A stretch of 64,000 nucleotides of DNA from a virus (lineage: Duplodnaviria; Caudoviricetes), in IMG/VR virus record IMGVR_UViG_3300024252_000005. One strand, written 5' to 3'. The position numbers were made by a program, and so were the translations under genes. Each line of letters opens with the position of its first letter. The stretch's first letter is position 1. Shown here piece after piece: positions 20,065 to 29,800 of this stretch. The notes below the pieces were generated by a model. It was not told the origin of the DNA. It did no database searches and was given only the letters and a program-made list of their open reading frames with translations.

Positions 20065-22334
20065 TGCCGAAAATAAGAACGAAACAAATTTACAAGTCAA
20101 GTGATGGTAGCTTTATTAAAAAGTCAGGTATATTAACTAGATCTTTAAAAAGTGCAATTAAAAAAGAAAATGAATATAAGTCTTTTTTCAAAGACAGCTT
20201 TTATCATAATAACCTAGGCAAACATATAAACTCTTTGCCATATAATGACAATAATACTGTTGACTTTATAGAAAAAACAGTAAACAATACATTTCCTGTT
20301 GAAGAAGTATATAAATTAAATAACAAGATATTGCATTCACCTAATGAGTTTGATACTTCTAATAAGATTAATAAAATAGTTACTTCAACACACTATAATA
20401 TGTTTTTAAAAGAAAATTACATAGATGACAATGAAAGCTTGTTTAATGATTCTACAATACTAAGTAGAGATGAGTTAAGTAATAACGAAAAAGAAATAAG
20501 AATAAATCTAAGTTTTTCTGAGCCTTGTAGACTTTCTTTTAATAAAGACAGTAATAGTAATCAAGCTGTAAACCTTGACAATACAAATTATAACTGTATT
20601 AATGCTCCAACTGTATATTATAATTTTGCAGACAAAAAATGGGACTATTTAGGTGACATAGAAAAGAACTATTATAATTCAATAACAGATTTTAAAGAAT
20701 CTCCTATAGCATTTAATTCAATCAATACATCGAAAACAAACAAAATAAGCAATCAATCTTTAGGCTATCCTATTAATACTTTCGGCTTTCCTTTTGATGA
20801 TAGATATCAAGGTCTAGATAGACATTTACTAAAAGCAAGCAAGTATATAACTAAACCTTTTTTGTTGGAAAAAATAAAAATAAAGTTTAAAGGTTCTAGT
20901 AGAGCTGAAACTGATTCAAATCTCAGTCTTTCTATTCTTAACTCATTGAATTTTTTCATAATCAATCAAAGAAAGAATTTAAATAAGAATTCTTTTACTA
21001 ATCTTAGTTTAGACTCTGGGAGCTTTGACTATTTTACAGTTACACAAGTTTCTGGAAGTGGTGTTTATAATCATAATACAGAATCAATCACTTACAGTGT
21101 AGATGAATTTCCAGCTTTTTCTAGCATACAAAATACTGGCAATTCTAGCGAAAGTATAAGTCTAAAAGATACACATGATTCAAATAACACTTATAGCGAA
21201 CTTTCTTCTTCACAAAGAGAATTAATATCTTATTTAAGTATAGTAAATTTTGCTTCTGGCGGTACTGATGAATCTGCAATGAATATAGACATAGAAAGCA
21301 TAAGAAATAATTCGGACTATATCCATGAAGATTCATCAAAACCTTCAGATGCAGCTTTTTTTGCAAAGTGCAACTACGACAAAACTATAGAAGTTATAGG
21401 TGACATAAAAACTCCTTCATATAATGAAAAAATTGAGAGTTTTAGCAGTTTTAACATCTATCCATTTTCAAAGTATGTTAATAGAACTGGAACAGAGTAT
21501 AATACAGAAAGATCAGAAAAATCAGACTATACAATTTCTCATGATATAACAACATCAACTGATGATGCGAGTAAAGAACTTAGCATTAGCAAAAATTCTA
21601 GTAAGACTAATCATTACGTTCTTTTACCATCAGATGAACTTATTTTAGGGTTTAGTTTTAATCCCTCTATGAAGCTTTTAAGTAACAATAAAGTAGGTAG
21701 AGATGTTTATTTATTAAACGATATAGTCGAAGTTTCTCTGATAGGGAATTATTATCAAAAAGAAAAGAAAACAAAAACAAACAGAGTTACTTTCAAAAAT
21801 AATTCTTATAAAAAAATAAATTATTTTGACAGCGTAAGTAACACAGATGAAGTTGGAATGAACAATATTTACCTGAACAAAGGTGCTTATTATGATAAAA
21901 AAATTACCCGCACAATCAATTTGATTGCTCCACTCTTCCCGGGAGGTCCTACAGAGTATACGTTTACCCTCGATAATGTTAACTCAGGAGCAGTTTTTGA
22001 AAAACAAAATATTAGTGGTACTACACTTGCAACAATTGCAGCAAAAACTTTTACAAATTTTAAAAAAGCAAGTGATGAAAACGAAGAAAACTTAGACACA
22101 CTTCCGGAAGGTAGTAAAGACTATACTAATCAATATTTGAGTTATTTTAAGTCTGGAAACCCTAGTAATAGACTAAATTATAATAGATTTTCACCATTCA
22201 AAGATTTGGCTTTAAACAAATTATATTATACTGTTATTAAAAAGTTTAGAGATAGTTCTTTTAATGAAATAACATCAACAAAGTCTTATAATAGCAACAA
22301 GTATTCTATATTAGATGTTACATTTAAAGAATAG
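20064..22334 (+). CDS. Hypothetical Asn/Ser-rich protein (virion module)
   Basis: 756-aa ORF with TAATG coupling; FGFPF...YI.KPFLLEKI motif. Confidence 0.55.
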   Translation: MPKIRTKQIYKSSDGSFIKKSGILTRSLKSAIKKENEYKSFFKDSFYHNNLGKHINSLPYNDNNTVDFIEKTVNNTFPVEEVYKLNNKILHSPNEFDTSNKINKIVTSTHYNMFLKENYIDDNESLFNDSTILSRDELSNNEKEIRINLSFSEPCRLSFNKDSNSNQAVNLDNTNYNCINAPTVYYNFADKKWDYLGDIEKNYYNSITDFKESPIAFNSINTSKTNKISNQSLGYPINTFGFPFDDRYQGLDRHLLKASKYITKPFLLEKIKIKFKGSSRAETDSNLSLSILNSLNFFIINQRKNLNKNSFTNLSLDSGSFDYFTVTQVSGSGVYNHNTESITYSVDEFPAFSSIQNTGNSSESISLKDTHDSNNTYSELSSSQRELISYLSIVNFASGGTDESAMNIDIESIRNNSDYIHEDSSKPSDAAFFAKCNYDKTIEVIGDIKTPSYNEKIESFSSFNIYPFSKYVNRTGTEYNTERSEKSDYTISHDITTSTDDASKELSISKNSSKTNHYVLLPSDELILGFSFNPSMKLLSNNKVGRDVYLLNDIVEVSLIGNYYQKEKKTKTNRVTFKNNSYKKINYFDSVSNTDEVGMNNIYLNKGAYYDKKITRTINLIAPLFPGGPTEYTFTLDNVNSGAVFEKQNISGTTLATIAAKTFTNFKKASDENEENLDTLPEGSKDYTNQYLSYFKSGNPSNRLNYNRFSPFKDLALNKLYYTVIKKFRDSSFNEITSTKSYNSNKYSILDVTFKE

Positions 22335-22402
22335 TAAATTAGTTCAAAGAATTTAATTAGATTTAATATTTAGATATACTAAGATAAAACTAGGACTTTT
22401 AA

Positions 22403-23437
22403 ATGGCAGGATTTTTAGATAAGAAAAAAAGGTTAATAGACTACAAATTAACTGAACATGGTAGAAGTCAATTATCTACAGGTGATATTAGATTTAAGTA
22501 TTATGCATTTACAGATAGTTCAATAGTCTATAACAAAGAGCTATCTGTTTTAGATTCATTAATACCTAACATTCCAGAGTCAGAATTTTTTTATTTACCT
22601 ACTGAGGTTTCTACAGATCCCGGGATGTACTACAATCCAGAATTTTACTTGAGTAACGAAGCTATATACGACAATTATGAAAATGATTCAATTTTCAACT
22701 TTACAAGGACACAAAAAACATTTGCAGAAAATTTTTCATCTAGCGAATATATTTCTGACAGGGTTCTTGCAAACAAAAACTTAGATAATAACAGTTTAAC
22801 ACTAGAAAGCTCTGATTTACCTGATTCGTTTGATTTTATAGACGAAACTTATTCTAGGAAATATCCAACTGTGCATTATCTAAAAGAAAACGTAGAAAAT
22901 TTACCAGAAGTAAAAAAAGACTATAGATTTTCTAATTATTTAAAGTTCAAGAGGTTAGACCCTATAGATTCACAAGGAAATATTTTAGGATCACAAAGCG
23001 AGGATGGATTTGTTACAGACAGCTCACCTAGAAATCCTATACATTTCATCTACAAAACACTAGATTTTAAAAATGAAATATTTATAGGTGATGAAAGAGA
23101 AGATGCCATAGCTAAGGTAGTTAACTTACTTTCAAAAAATAGAGACAAGTTATTCTATTTAGATTATAATCTTGATAATTCTTTCTCTAGAGCAAATGAC
23201 AATTATGTGTTTGAAATGCACAAAATAAAAGATAATAATTTAAGTAAACTACCTTTTATAAATCTAGGTAGAATATTTGATAAATTCAATCAAAAATTTG
23301 TAAAAGTTTTCTTGATTGGAAAGTTTATTAAAAAAGAAGTTGTTAAAGAATCTTTTAACTTAGAAAACAATACAACTATAGTTGATTTATCTAATGATTA
23401 CTATTTTGTTAATTTATTTACGTTGGTGATTGAATAA
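22403..23437 (+). CDS. Virion structural protein, paralogue of 33953-34702
   Basis: N-terminus MAGFLD...IDYKLTEHGR.QL..GD..F.YYAFTD resembles MGFLN...IDAVLTDKGRELL..DGSF...F..SDDEVDY. Confidence 0.6.
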   Translation: MAGFLDKKKRLIDYKLTEHGRSQLSTGDIRFKYYAFTDSSIVYNKELSVLDSLIPNIPESEFFYLPTEVSTDPGMYYNPEFYLSNEAIYDNYENDSIFNFTRTQKTFAENFSSSEYISDRVLANKNLDNNSLTLESSDLPDSFDFIDETYSRKYPTVHYLKENVENLPEVKKDYRFSNYLKFKRLDPIDSQGNILGSQSEDGFVTDSSPRNPIHFIYKTLDFKNEIFIGDEREDAIAKVVNLLSKNRDKLFYLDYNLDNSFSRANDNYVFEMHKIKDNNLSKLPFINLGRIFDKFNQKFVKVFLIGKFIKKEVVKESFNLENNTTIVDLSNDYYFVNLFTLVIE

Positions 23438-26400
23438 TGTTAAAAAAAGCAATAAAAGGTCAAGTAATAAAAAATATTAAAAAAGAAGATGCTTTTAAAA
23501 GCGGCAATGTTTTTTATTTACCTATAGAAATACACAAACCTTCAGCTGAATTTTTTGATGTTGAAAGCTTGATTGTTTCTTACATTCCGGATACATTCAT
23601 ACAAAATTACACTACTGTATCTATGTTAGAAAGCAAAGAAAACGAAGGTTTTAAAAAAAGTGCTAAACCTCTGTACGTCAATTCTAAATCTAAGAATTTA
23701 AATTATTTCGATGAAAAAGATATAGAAGAATTTTCTTCATCTAACAGACTTTATAGAACAATTTATTCAAAAAACATAGCATCAACATTTGGTCAAGAAA
23801 TTTTTCTAGAAGATGCTACACCAATAAATTTTTCAAACAATGATAGCGAAGATATTACAGTAGCTTGTAGATCTAGTATTGACTTGATAAAGCAAAAAAC
23901 ATGTACTTTAAATTCTGAGTCTATGACACCCATAATGACACCTATATCATCACCTAAATCATCACCTAAATCAAATCCAAGACAAGTAAAATATCGATCG
24001 GGAGATGCATTGACACTTCCAGATCTCACAGTAACTTTAGACACAGAAGGTTTAAGTAGGAGACTAGACAGGGGATCAAGAGAACTTGATGCATGGACAA
24101 GAAATAGAATCGCTAACAGCGCTGATGCTGGTGAGGTGGGAAATACAACAGAACCTAGCATAGACTTAGACAAAGATGAAAACAAAGACATAAGAGAACT
24201 ATTTAGTGGAAAAGAATCTGATAATTTCCATGTTTGTTTTGGAATGAAAATAAAAGTATATGCTTTAAATAAGAAAGGCGAAGTTGTAGATAAGCTAGAA
24301 ATTAAATCTATTGCGATAGACAGATATAGTAATAGTACAAATTCAGAAATAGAAAAATCTCTAATGCTTGAAAATAGATTGAGTTTTTTTGCTGAAGATT
24401 TTTTAATGGAATTTCGACCTTATTCTTTACCTATACAAACAAATATAAGCAACAATATACCTGTAAATGGACCAATACTAAGCTATAGTAATTCTAGACT
24501 TAACAGTATCTTTTTCAATTTTTCAAATATAGAAAGTATTGATGTAACTTTAAGCTCTGACTTGATAAACAAAAATTTTAAAGTAAAAACATTTACTTCT
24601 GGCTCAAATAGTCTTGTAGACAGTACATCTCAAAGAGACTTTTCTATTGCTCTATTGGGAAATACAGATTTTGTAGATTTTGTCATAGAATCAAAAAACT
24701 ATATAGACAACAATAATTTAAGCTTCTTAAATGTTGCTTATAGCTTTAACGTAATTCTAGAAAACAAAGATATTAACATCTTTAATGAAAGCATTATTGA
24801 CAAAGAATCTATAAATCAAATTTATAACGATATTTTATTCTATAAGTTTGAAAAAGACATAAGTTCAGGCAACGTCATTAACGTAGAAATTGAAAAAATT
24901 GATATAAACGTAATAGAAAATATTTACAAAATAAAAATTAATCTTAATACAGAGAATTATTTAAGAGAGCAAATTTTGCAAAACGCAATATCTTTTAACT
25001 TTTTTAATTTAACAGGTGAGCCTATCGTAGGAATAGAAAACTTTTACTTTGATGAAAATTTAACAGATAACAACAAGTTGTCATCAAGACTTTTGAGTTT
25101 AGATAATATATTTTTTGAAAACAATACTGCAATAGTTTACATTAGAAATCCTAGCGTTGAAAGAGATCTTATAAAAGAATGTGAGTTATTATTTCATTCT
25201 GATATTTCGCCTAATCCTATTTCTATTGGAATATTTAAGTCTAAAATTCATAATATTGACTCTTTAGTGACAAATGTTTTTGAAGATTGCGCTTCAAAAA
25301 TTGGTGATTTAATAAATCCAAAATCTAACTTTAAAAACTACCCTTATGATATAATAATAAACAATATTGACCCAGATGATACTTTTGTATTAAGCATAGG
25401 AAAACTATCGGGTGATATTAGTTTTAAAAAAATAGGTTACTTTTCGACATCAACTAATGAATCAGAAAAAGAAAGATTAAACGAAATTATTAACAATACC
25501 TTAGTCAAGGTAACAAAATCAATTAAAATAAACAATCTAGAGCTAAATAGAAAAAGTGGCTATTACTTATTAAGCGATCTATGTAAAGATATTGATGATT
25601 CTTTAAACTGCAAACTTAATACATCAAGTCTAAAAATATCTGATTTCAATATTAGACAAAGTATATCAAGAAACAGTACGATAAAAAATATATATGACAT
25701 ATTAATAAATGTAAATTCTCTTGAAAGACTTTCACAAATAACCGATGAGTTTAATGCTAAATATGAAGTACTTTTAGATTTTGCTGTATTGGAAAATAAT
25801 ACTGTAGTGAACTTTGGTGAAGATACTAACATTGATCAAAGTAGAGAAAACTTAATTGATTTTATAACTTTTAATAATAACAATTTTGAAATGTCAAGAA
25901 CTATACGACTAACAGAAGCTATGTTTAGTGATTCGTTTTTTGAAAACAAGTCATCTATGTTTGAAGAAATATATAGACAATCTGATATTTTAGACACAAC
26001 TGATTATAAAAGCGAAGCAATTTCTCAAATACAAGACTTTGTTTCATTGAGAAGCAATAATGTTAATCAACTGCCTGTTGAAGACAATATATTTACATCT
26101 GACATTTCACGTTTGAATGACTTCAATTTTGAAAATGTTCAAGTTTTTTCTTCAAACATTAAATTAAGCAATGTAAATAGAAACTTTTCAATTATAAAAG
26201 AAGTAAAAAACGAAAAGCTTTTAGAGATAAGAGGGAACAATATATCTAGGCTAATAAGGAGTTTTAGAAGATATGAAAACTCAACTATATTAAAATCTTA
26301 CTGTAAGCTAGAGTATAAATTCAAAAACTCTTTACCTAACCCCACTTTCAATATCAATGATATTGAAAGGCGAGGGTTTACAATCTTAGAAAGTGATGAT

Positions 26401-26841
26401 GATAGCAGTTGTATATTTTTATTCAAAGAAGAAGAAGAAAATTCTTTACCGATTACAGTAAATATGCATGATGACTCAATACACTGTGACATAATTAGAG
26501 AAAATGAATATTTTGAAAAGTTTTCAAGTAACGACTATTATGATTCTGTTGCCAGTTTAATTGGAAAGCGACTTTCGAGAAGAAGAGATAATACTTCTGA
26601 GTCATATCCATCATTAATAGTTAAAAATATTATACTTAGAATTTATATAATTTTAACTATTAATGGAAAGCGAAATATAATGTTGTGCAATGTACCGGTT
26701 GAGCCTGATTTGCAAATGAAAGAGTATATTAGATTAAATTCTCCTTCTTTTCAAAGAAACTACTTGAATTTAGATGTAGTTGATAGCAGCAAGGTTATTT
26801 ATAAGCCAAGCATAATATATAAAGGAAGTACTAGACAATGA
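23437..26841 (+). CDS. Large hypothetical protein (virion module)
   Basis: 1134-aa ORF with TAATG coupling; no recognised motif. Confidence 0.55.
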   Translation: MLKKAIKGQVIKNIKKEDAFKSGNVFYLPIEIHKPSAEFFDVESLIVSYIPDTFIQNYTTVSMLESKENEGFKKSAKPLYVNSKSKNLNYFDEKDIEEFSSSNRLYRTIYSKNIASTFGQEIFLEDATPINFSNNDSEDITVACRSSIDLIKQKTCTLNSESMTPIMTPISSPKSSPKSNPRQVKYRSGDALTLPDLTVTLDTEGLSRRLDRGSRELDAWTRNRIANSADAGEVGNTTEPSIDLDKDENKDIRELFSGKESDNFHVCFGMKIKVYALNKKGEVVDKLEIKSIAIDRYSNSTNSEIEKSLMLENRLSFFAEDFLMEFRPYSLPIQTNISNNIPVNGPILSYSNSRLNSIFFNFSNIESIDVTLSSDLINKNFKVKTFTSGSNSLVDSTSQRDFSIALLGNTDFVDFVIESKNYIDNNNLSFLNVAYSFNVILENKDINIFNESIIDKESINQIYNDILFYKFEKDISSGNVINVEIEKIDINVIENIYKIKINLNTENYLREQILQNAISFNFFNLTGEPIVGIENFYFDENLTDNNKLSSRLLSLDNIFFENNTAIVYIRNPSVERDLIKECELLFHSDISPNPISIGIFKSKIHNIDSLVTNVFEDCASKIGDLINPKSNFKNYPYDIIINNIDPDDTFVLSIGKLSGDISFKKIGYFSTSTNESEKERLNEIINNTLVKVTKSIKINNLELNRKSGYYLLSDLCKDIDDSLNCKLNTSSLKISDFNIRQSISRNSTIKNIYDILINVNSLERLSQITDEFNAKYEVLLDFAVLENNTVVNFGEDTNIDQSRENLIDFITFNNNNFEMSRTIRLTEAMFSDSFFENKSSMFEEIYRQSDILDTTDYKSEAISQIQDFVSLRSNNVNQLPVEDNIFTSDISRLNDFNFENVQVFSSNIKLSNVNRNFSIIKEVKNEKLLEIRGNNISRLIRSFRRYENSTILKSYCKLEYKFKNSLPNPTFNINDIERRGFTILESDDDSSCIFLFKEEEENSLPITVNMHDDSIHCDIIRENEYFEKFSSNDYYDSVASLIGKRLSRRRDNTSESYPSLIVKNIILRIYIILTINGKRNIMLCNVPVEPDLQMKEYIRLNSPSFQRNYLNLDVVDSSKVIYKPSIIYKGSTRQ

Positions 26842-29800
26842 CTATTAAACTTTTTCAAAGCAAAAACTCGTCTAATAAAATAATTGTTAAAAAAGAATCA
26901 AATGATATTTCATTAGCACCAAGTCTCGAGTTATCACAAAACTTGAGTAGTTTGTTTTCTGAAAGTGAAATAAATTCATATAACGCAAATAATAAAATAA
27001 TAAATAATAACTTTGAAGTAAGTTTGTCGTTAGAAGAATTATCTGAGCCTATCCTGGAAGAAAATGATGAAAACTTTTATCTACATCCTACTGTGTATGA
27101 TGCTTACATAGATAATCACAAAGTATTTGTTCCTTCTAGCTTAAGCACTTTATTGTCTAAGTCACTTAAGAGAACTAATGATTTAGAAATAAATATACTT
27201 TCACACGAAATAATACATTTATCGTCAAAAGCCGGCACTTTTGATTCAAACATTACTTTTTTATATCAAGACGACATAGAAAATGAAACTTTTTTAAAAT
27301 TAAAACTGGGAATGATTAACAAAGTAGAGTCTATATGCGATAGATTTTTTAAATTTGTTGACCCATCTATTCACAATGATTTAGCAAGTAGTAGCTATGA
27401 CAATTGTCTGAGTATATATGACAATCTTGACAATTTAACAACGTTTTCTAATAAATTAGAAAAAGAAATTAACTATGGTAATATAGCAGAAAATTTTATT
27501 ACTTCTGGGCATAGCAAGATTAACGGGAAAATATCTAACTTAACGCTAGGAGTTCATGAATCTTCTTTGTTTTTTACTGGCAGCGACGATGAAAGATTGC
27601 TAGATGAACAAACAACTAATGAAACATCTTTGTTAAGTGTAGATGATTTAAAGATATTTTATGAAAAAATATCTGGCTTTAAAATATCTAGAAAAAATAT
27701 AGAATTTGACGAGAGTTTTTTAAATTATGAAATATTAAACTCAGATAGACTAGTTGGTCAACTAATGCTAAATTGTGGTGTGTCAATGTATAGCTTATAT
27801 CCTAATATTGACAATATTAGCAATAATGATCTTGAAACAAAAAGAATTAAAGTTAATTCAAATGCTATGCAAAGATATCCTATAATTCAAGTTTATAATT
27901 TGAGTCCAAACTCTGATATGTTTAGAGGTAATAATTATGATGTGTTGGGTATTAATGGTAGTTCATTCAACTCAAATATTTTAAAATCTTCACTATCAGG
28001 GCAAAAAATTTCATTATTTGATGATGACTTAGAAGATAAAAGATTAATTATTAAAAATCAAATGCCAGTAAAAGTTGATTATTCGCAAAAACGTAGTTTC
28101 TATGGCACTAAATTTAAAAGACAAAATAATTTTAATAACAATATTTTCAGTTTTACTATAAAATCTGGTAATAGTATTAGACTTTATGAAAATATATTCT
28201 TTGACGTTAAATCTAGTTTTGATCACTTTACACCAACATTCATTCAGCTACCAACGAGATGGATAACAAACCATAGTAGATCGGAAGACAGTGCTAACAA
28301 TGTTGCAGAAGTTACAGGAGACGATGCAAGTTTTTTTAGAAGTTTTAGCAGTTATAATTATGAAAAAAACAAGCAGGAAATAACTAATGTTTTTAAAGAA
28401 AAAATAAAAAAAGATAGCGAAGACAATTCTACTGCTAGAGCTCGAAATAGCATGATAAATGTTATATTCGACAAAATGTTCGCTAATACTTTAGCTAATA
28501 GATATCTTGACAATATAAAAAAATTTACTAATATTTATCCCGCTAATGAGTTAACTTTCGCCGGCGGTTTTCTTGAAAGCTATCATAAACATTACAACAT
28601 CACGAGAGAAATAGACAGTTCTTATAGTGATAACTTTGAAGGCCCACATAGCAATGAAAAAGGTTTGTCTTCAGAAGAAAACTTGATGGATGCTTTACAA
28701 ACAGGTTCTTGGGCAAGTGAGTACAATGAATCTATTGCAGATATTTATACTAACGACTTAAACAGCGATAATTTCATAAGCGACTCTTTTGTTTTCTTAG
28801 CAAGTAATTCGTTTTTAAGCAAGAAAGAGCTAAACAAGTTTTCTTATGAGAGAGAAATATTTTCTGAAAATAGACAAAGCTCAAAGTATATTAAAACTTT
28901 TTCCGAAAAGCTTCTCAATGGAAGAAATTCTAGCGACAACTTGAAAAATATAACCACGATTAATAGTAGTGACACTAATGACTATATAATAAAAATAGCA
29001 TCTAGCTGCAATATTGCAAGAAGAAATCTTGCAAGCGCAGAAAGTATAGATAAATTTAACGATTTTGTTAAAAAAGCTAATAGTAAAATTTCTCAAGGAG
29101 AAGAGTTTGCTTTTTTATATGATGATATTGAAGAAACCAGCTTGGATACTTTTGAAAATAGCAAGTTTATATCAAAAGGTTTAGTTTACAAAAATAATTT
29201 TTCAAAATCATTTGATAGAAATGTAAAAAATACAAGCAAAGTTTTCTCTGATTCTTTTAATGAAAGACTAGAGGATCAAGATCACATTTTTAGTTCAAAA
29301 GACTACAGAGAGTTTTTGTCAAAGTACTATACAAAATCATTTTTTAGAAATAAAAAAAGCTTATTGTTAAGAATGATAAGAGACAATATCGATATTTTTT
29401 CTACAAACAACAGTTTTTATACTAATAAAGAGTATTTTGCTTTTGATATTTTATTGGCAACTTCTCTTTCTAATGAATCAAATTTAGATAAAAATTCCAA
29501 TATTGAAAATGTAAAATTAATATTGAAAAATGCAATAATGAACATGTCAGGAGTTGATCAACAAGTTTCATTTTTGAAAAGTCAACCGGTAGACAATATT
29601 TCATTTTTTAATAAAAATATTAAAAATAATCTTGCTAGTAATAGCAAAGAATATGAATTAAGTAAGTTCTTAAAGAAAGAATTTAAAAAAGAGAGTATTG
29701 ATAAAGTAATATCTAGTATTTTCAATAAAGATACAATAAAAAATCAAGAAAATTTTATAATAAGAACAACTGCTAAGAAAGATTTAACAGTAGAAGATTT

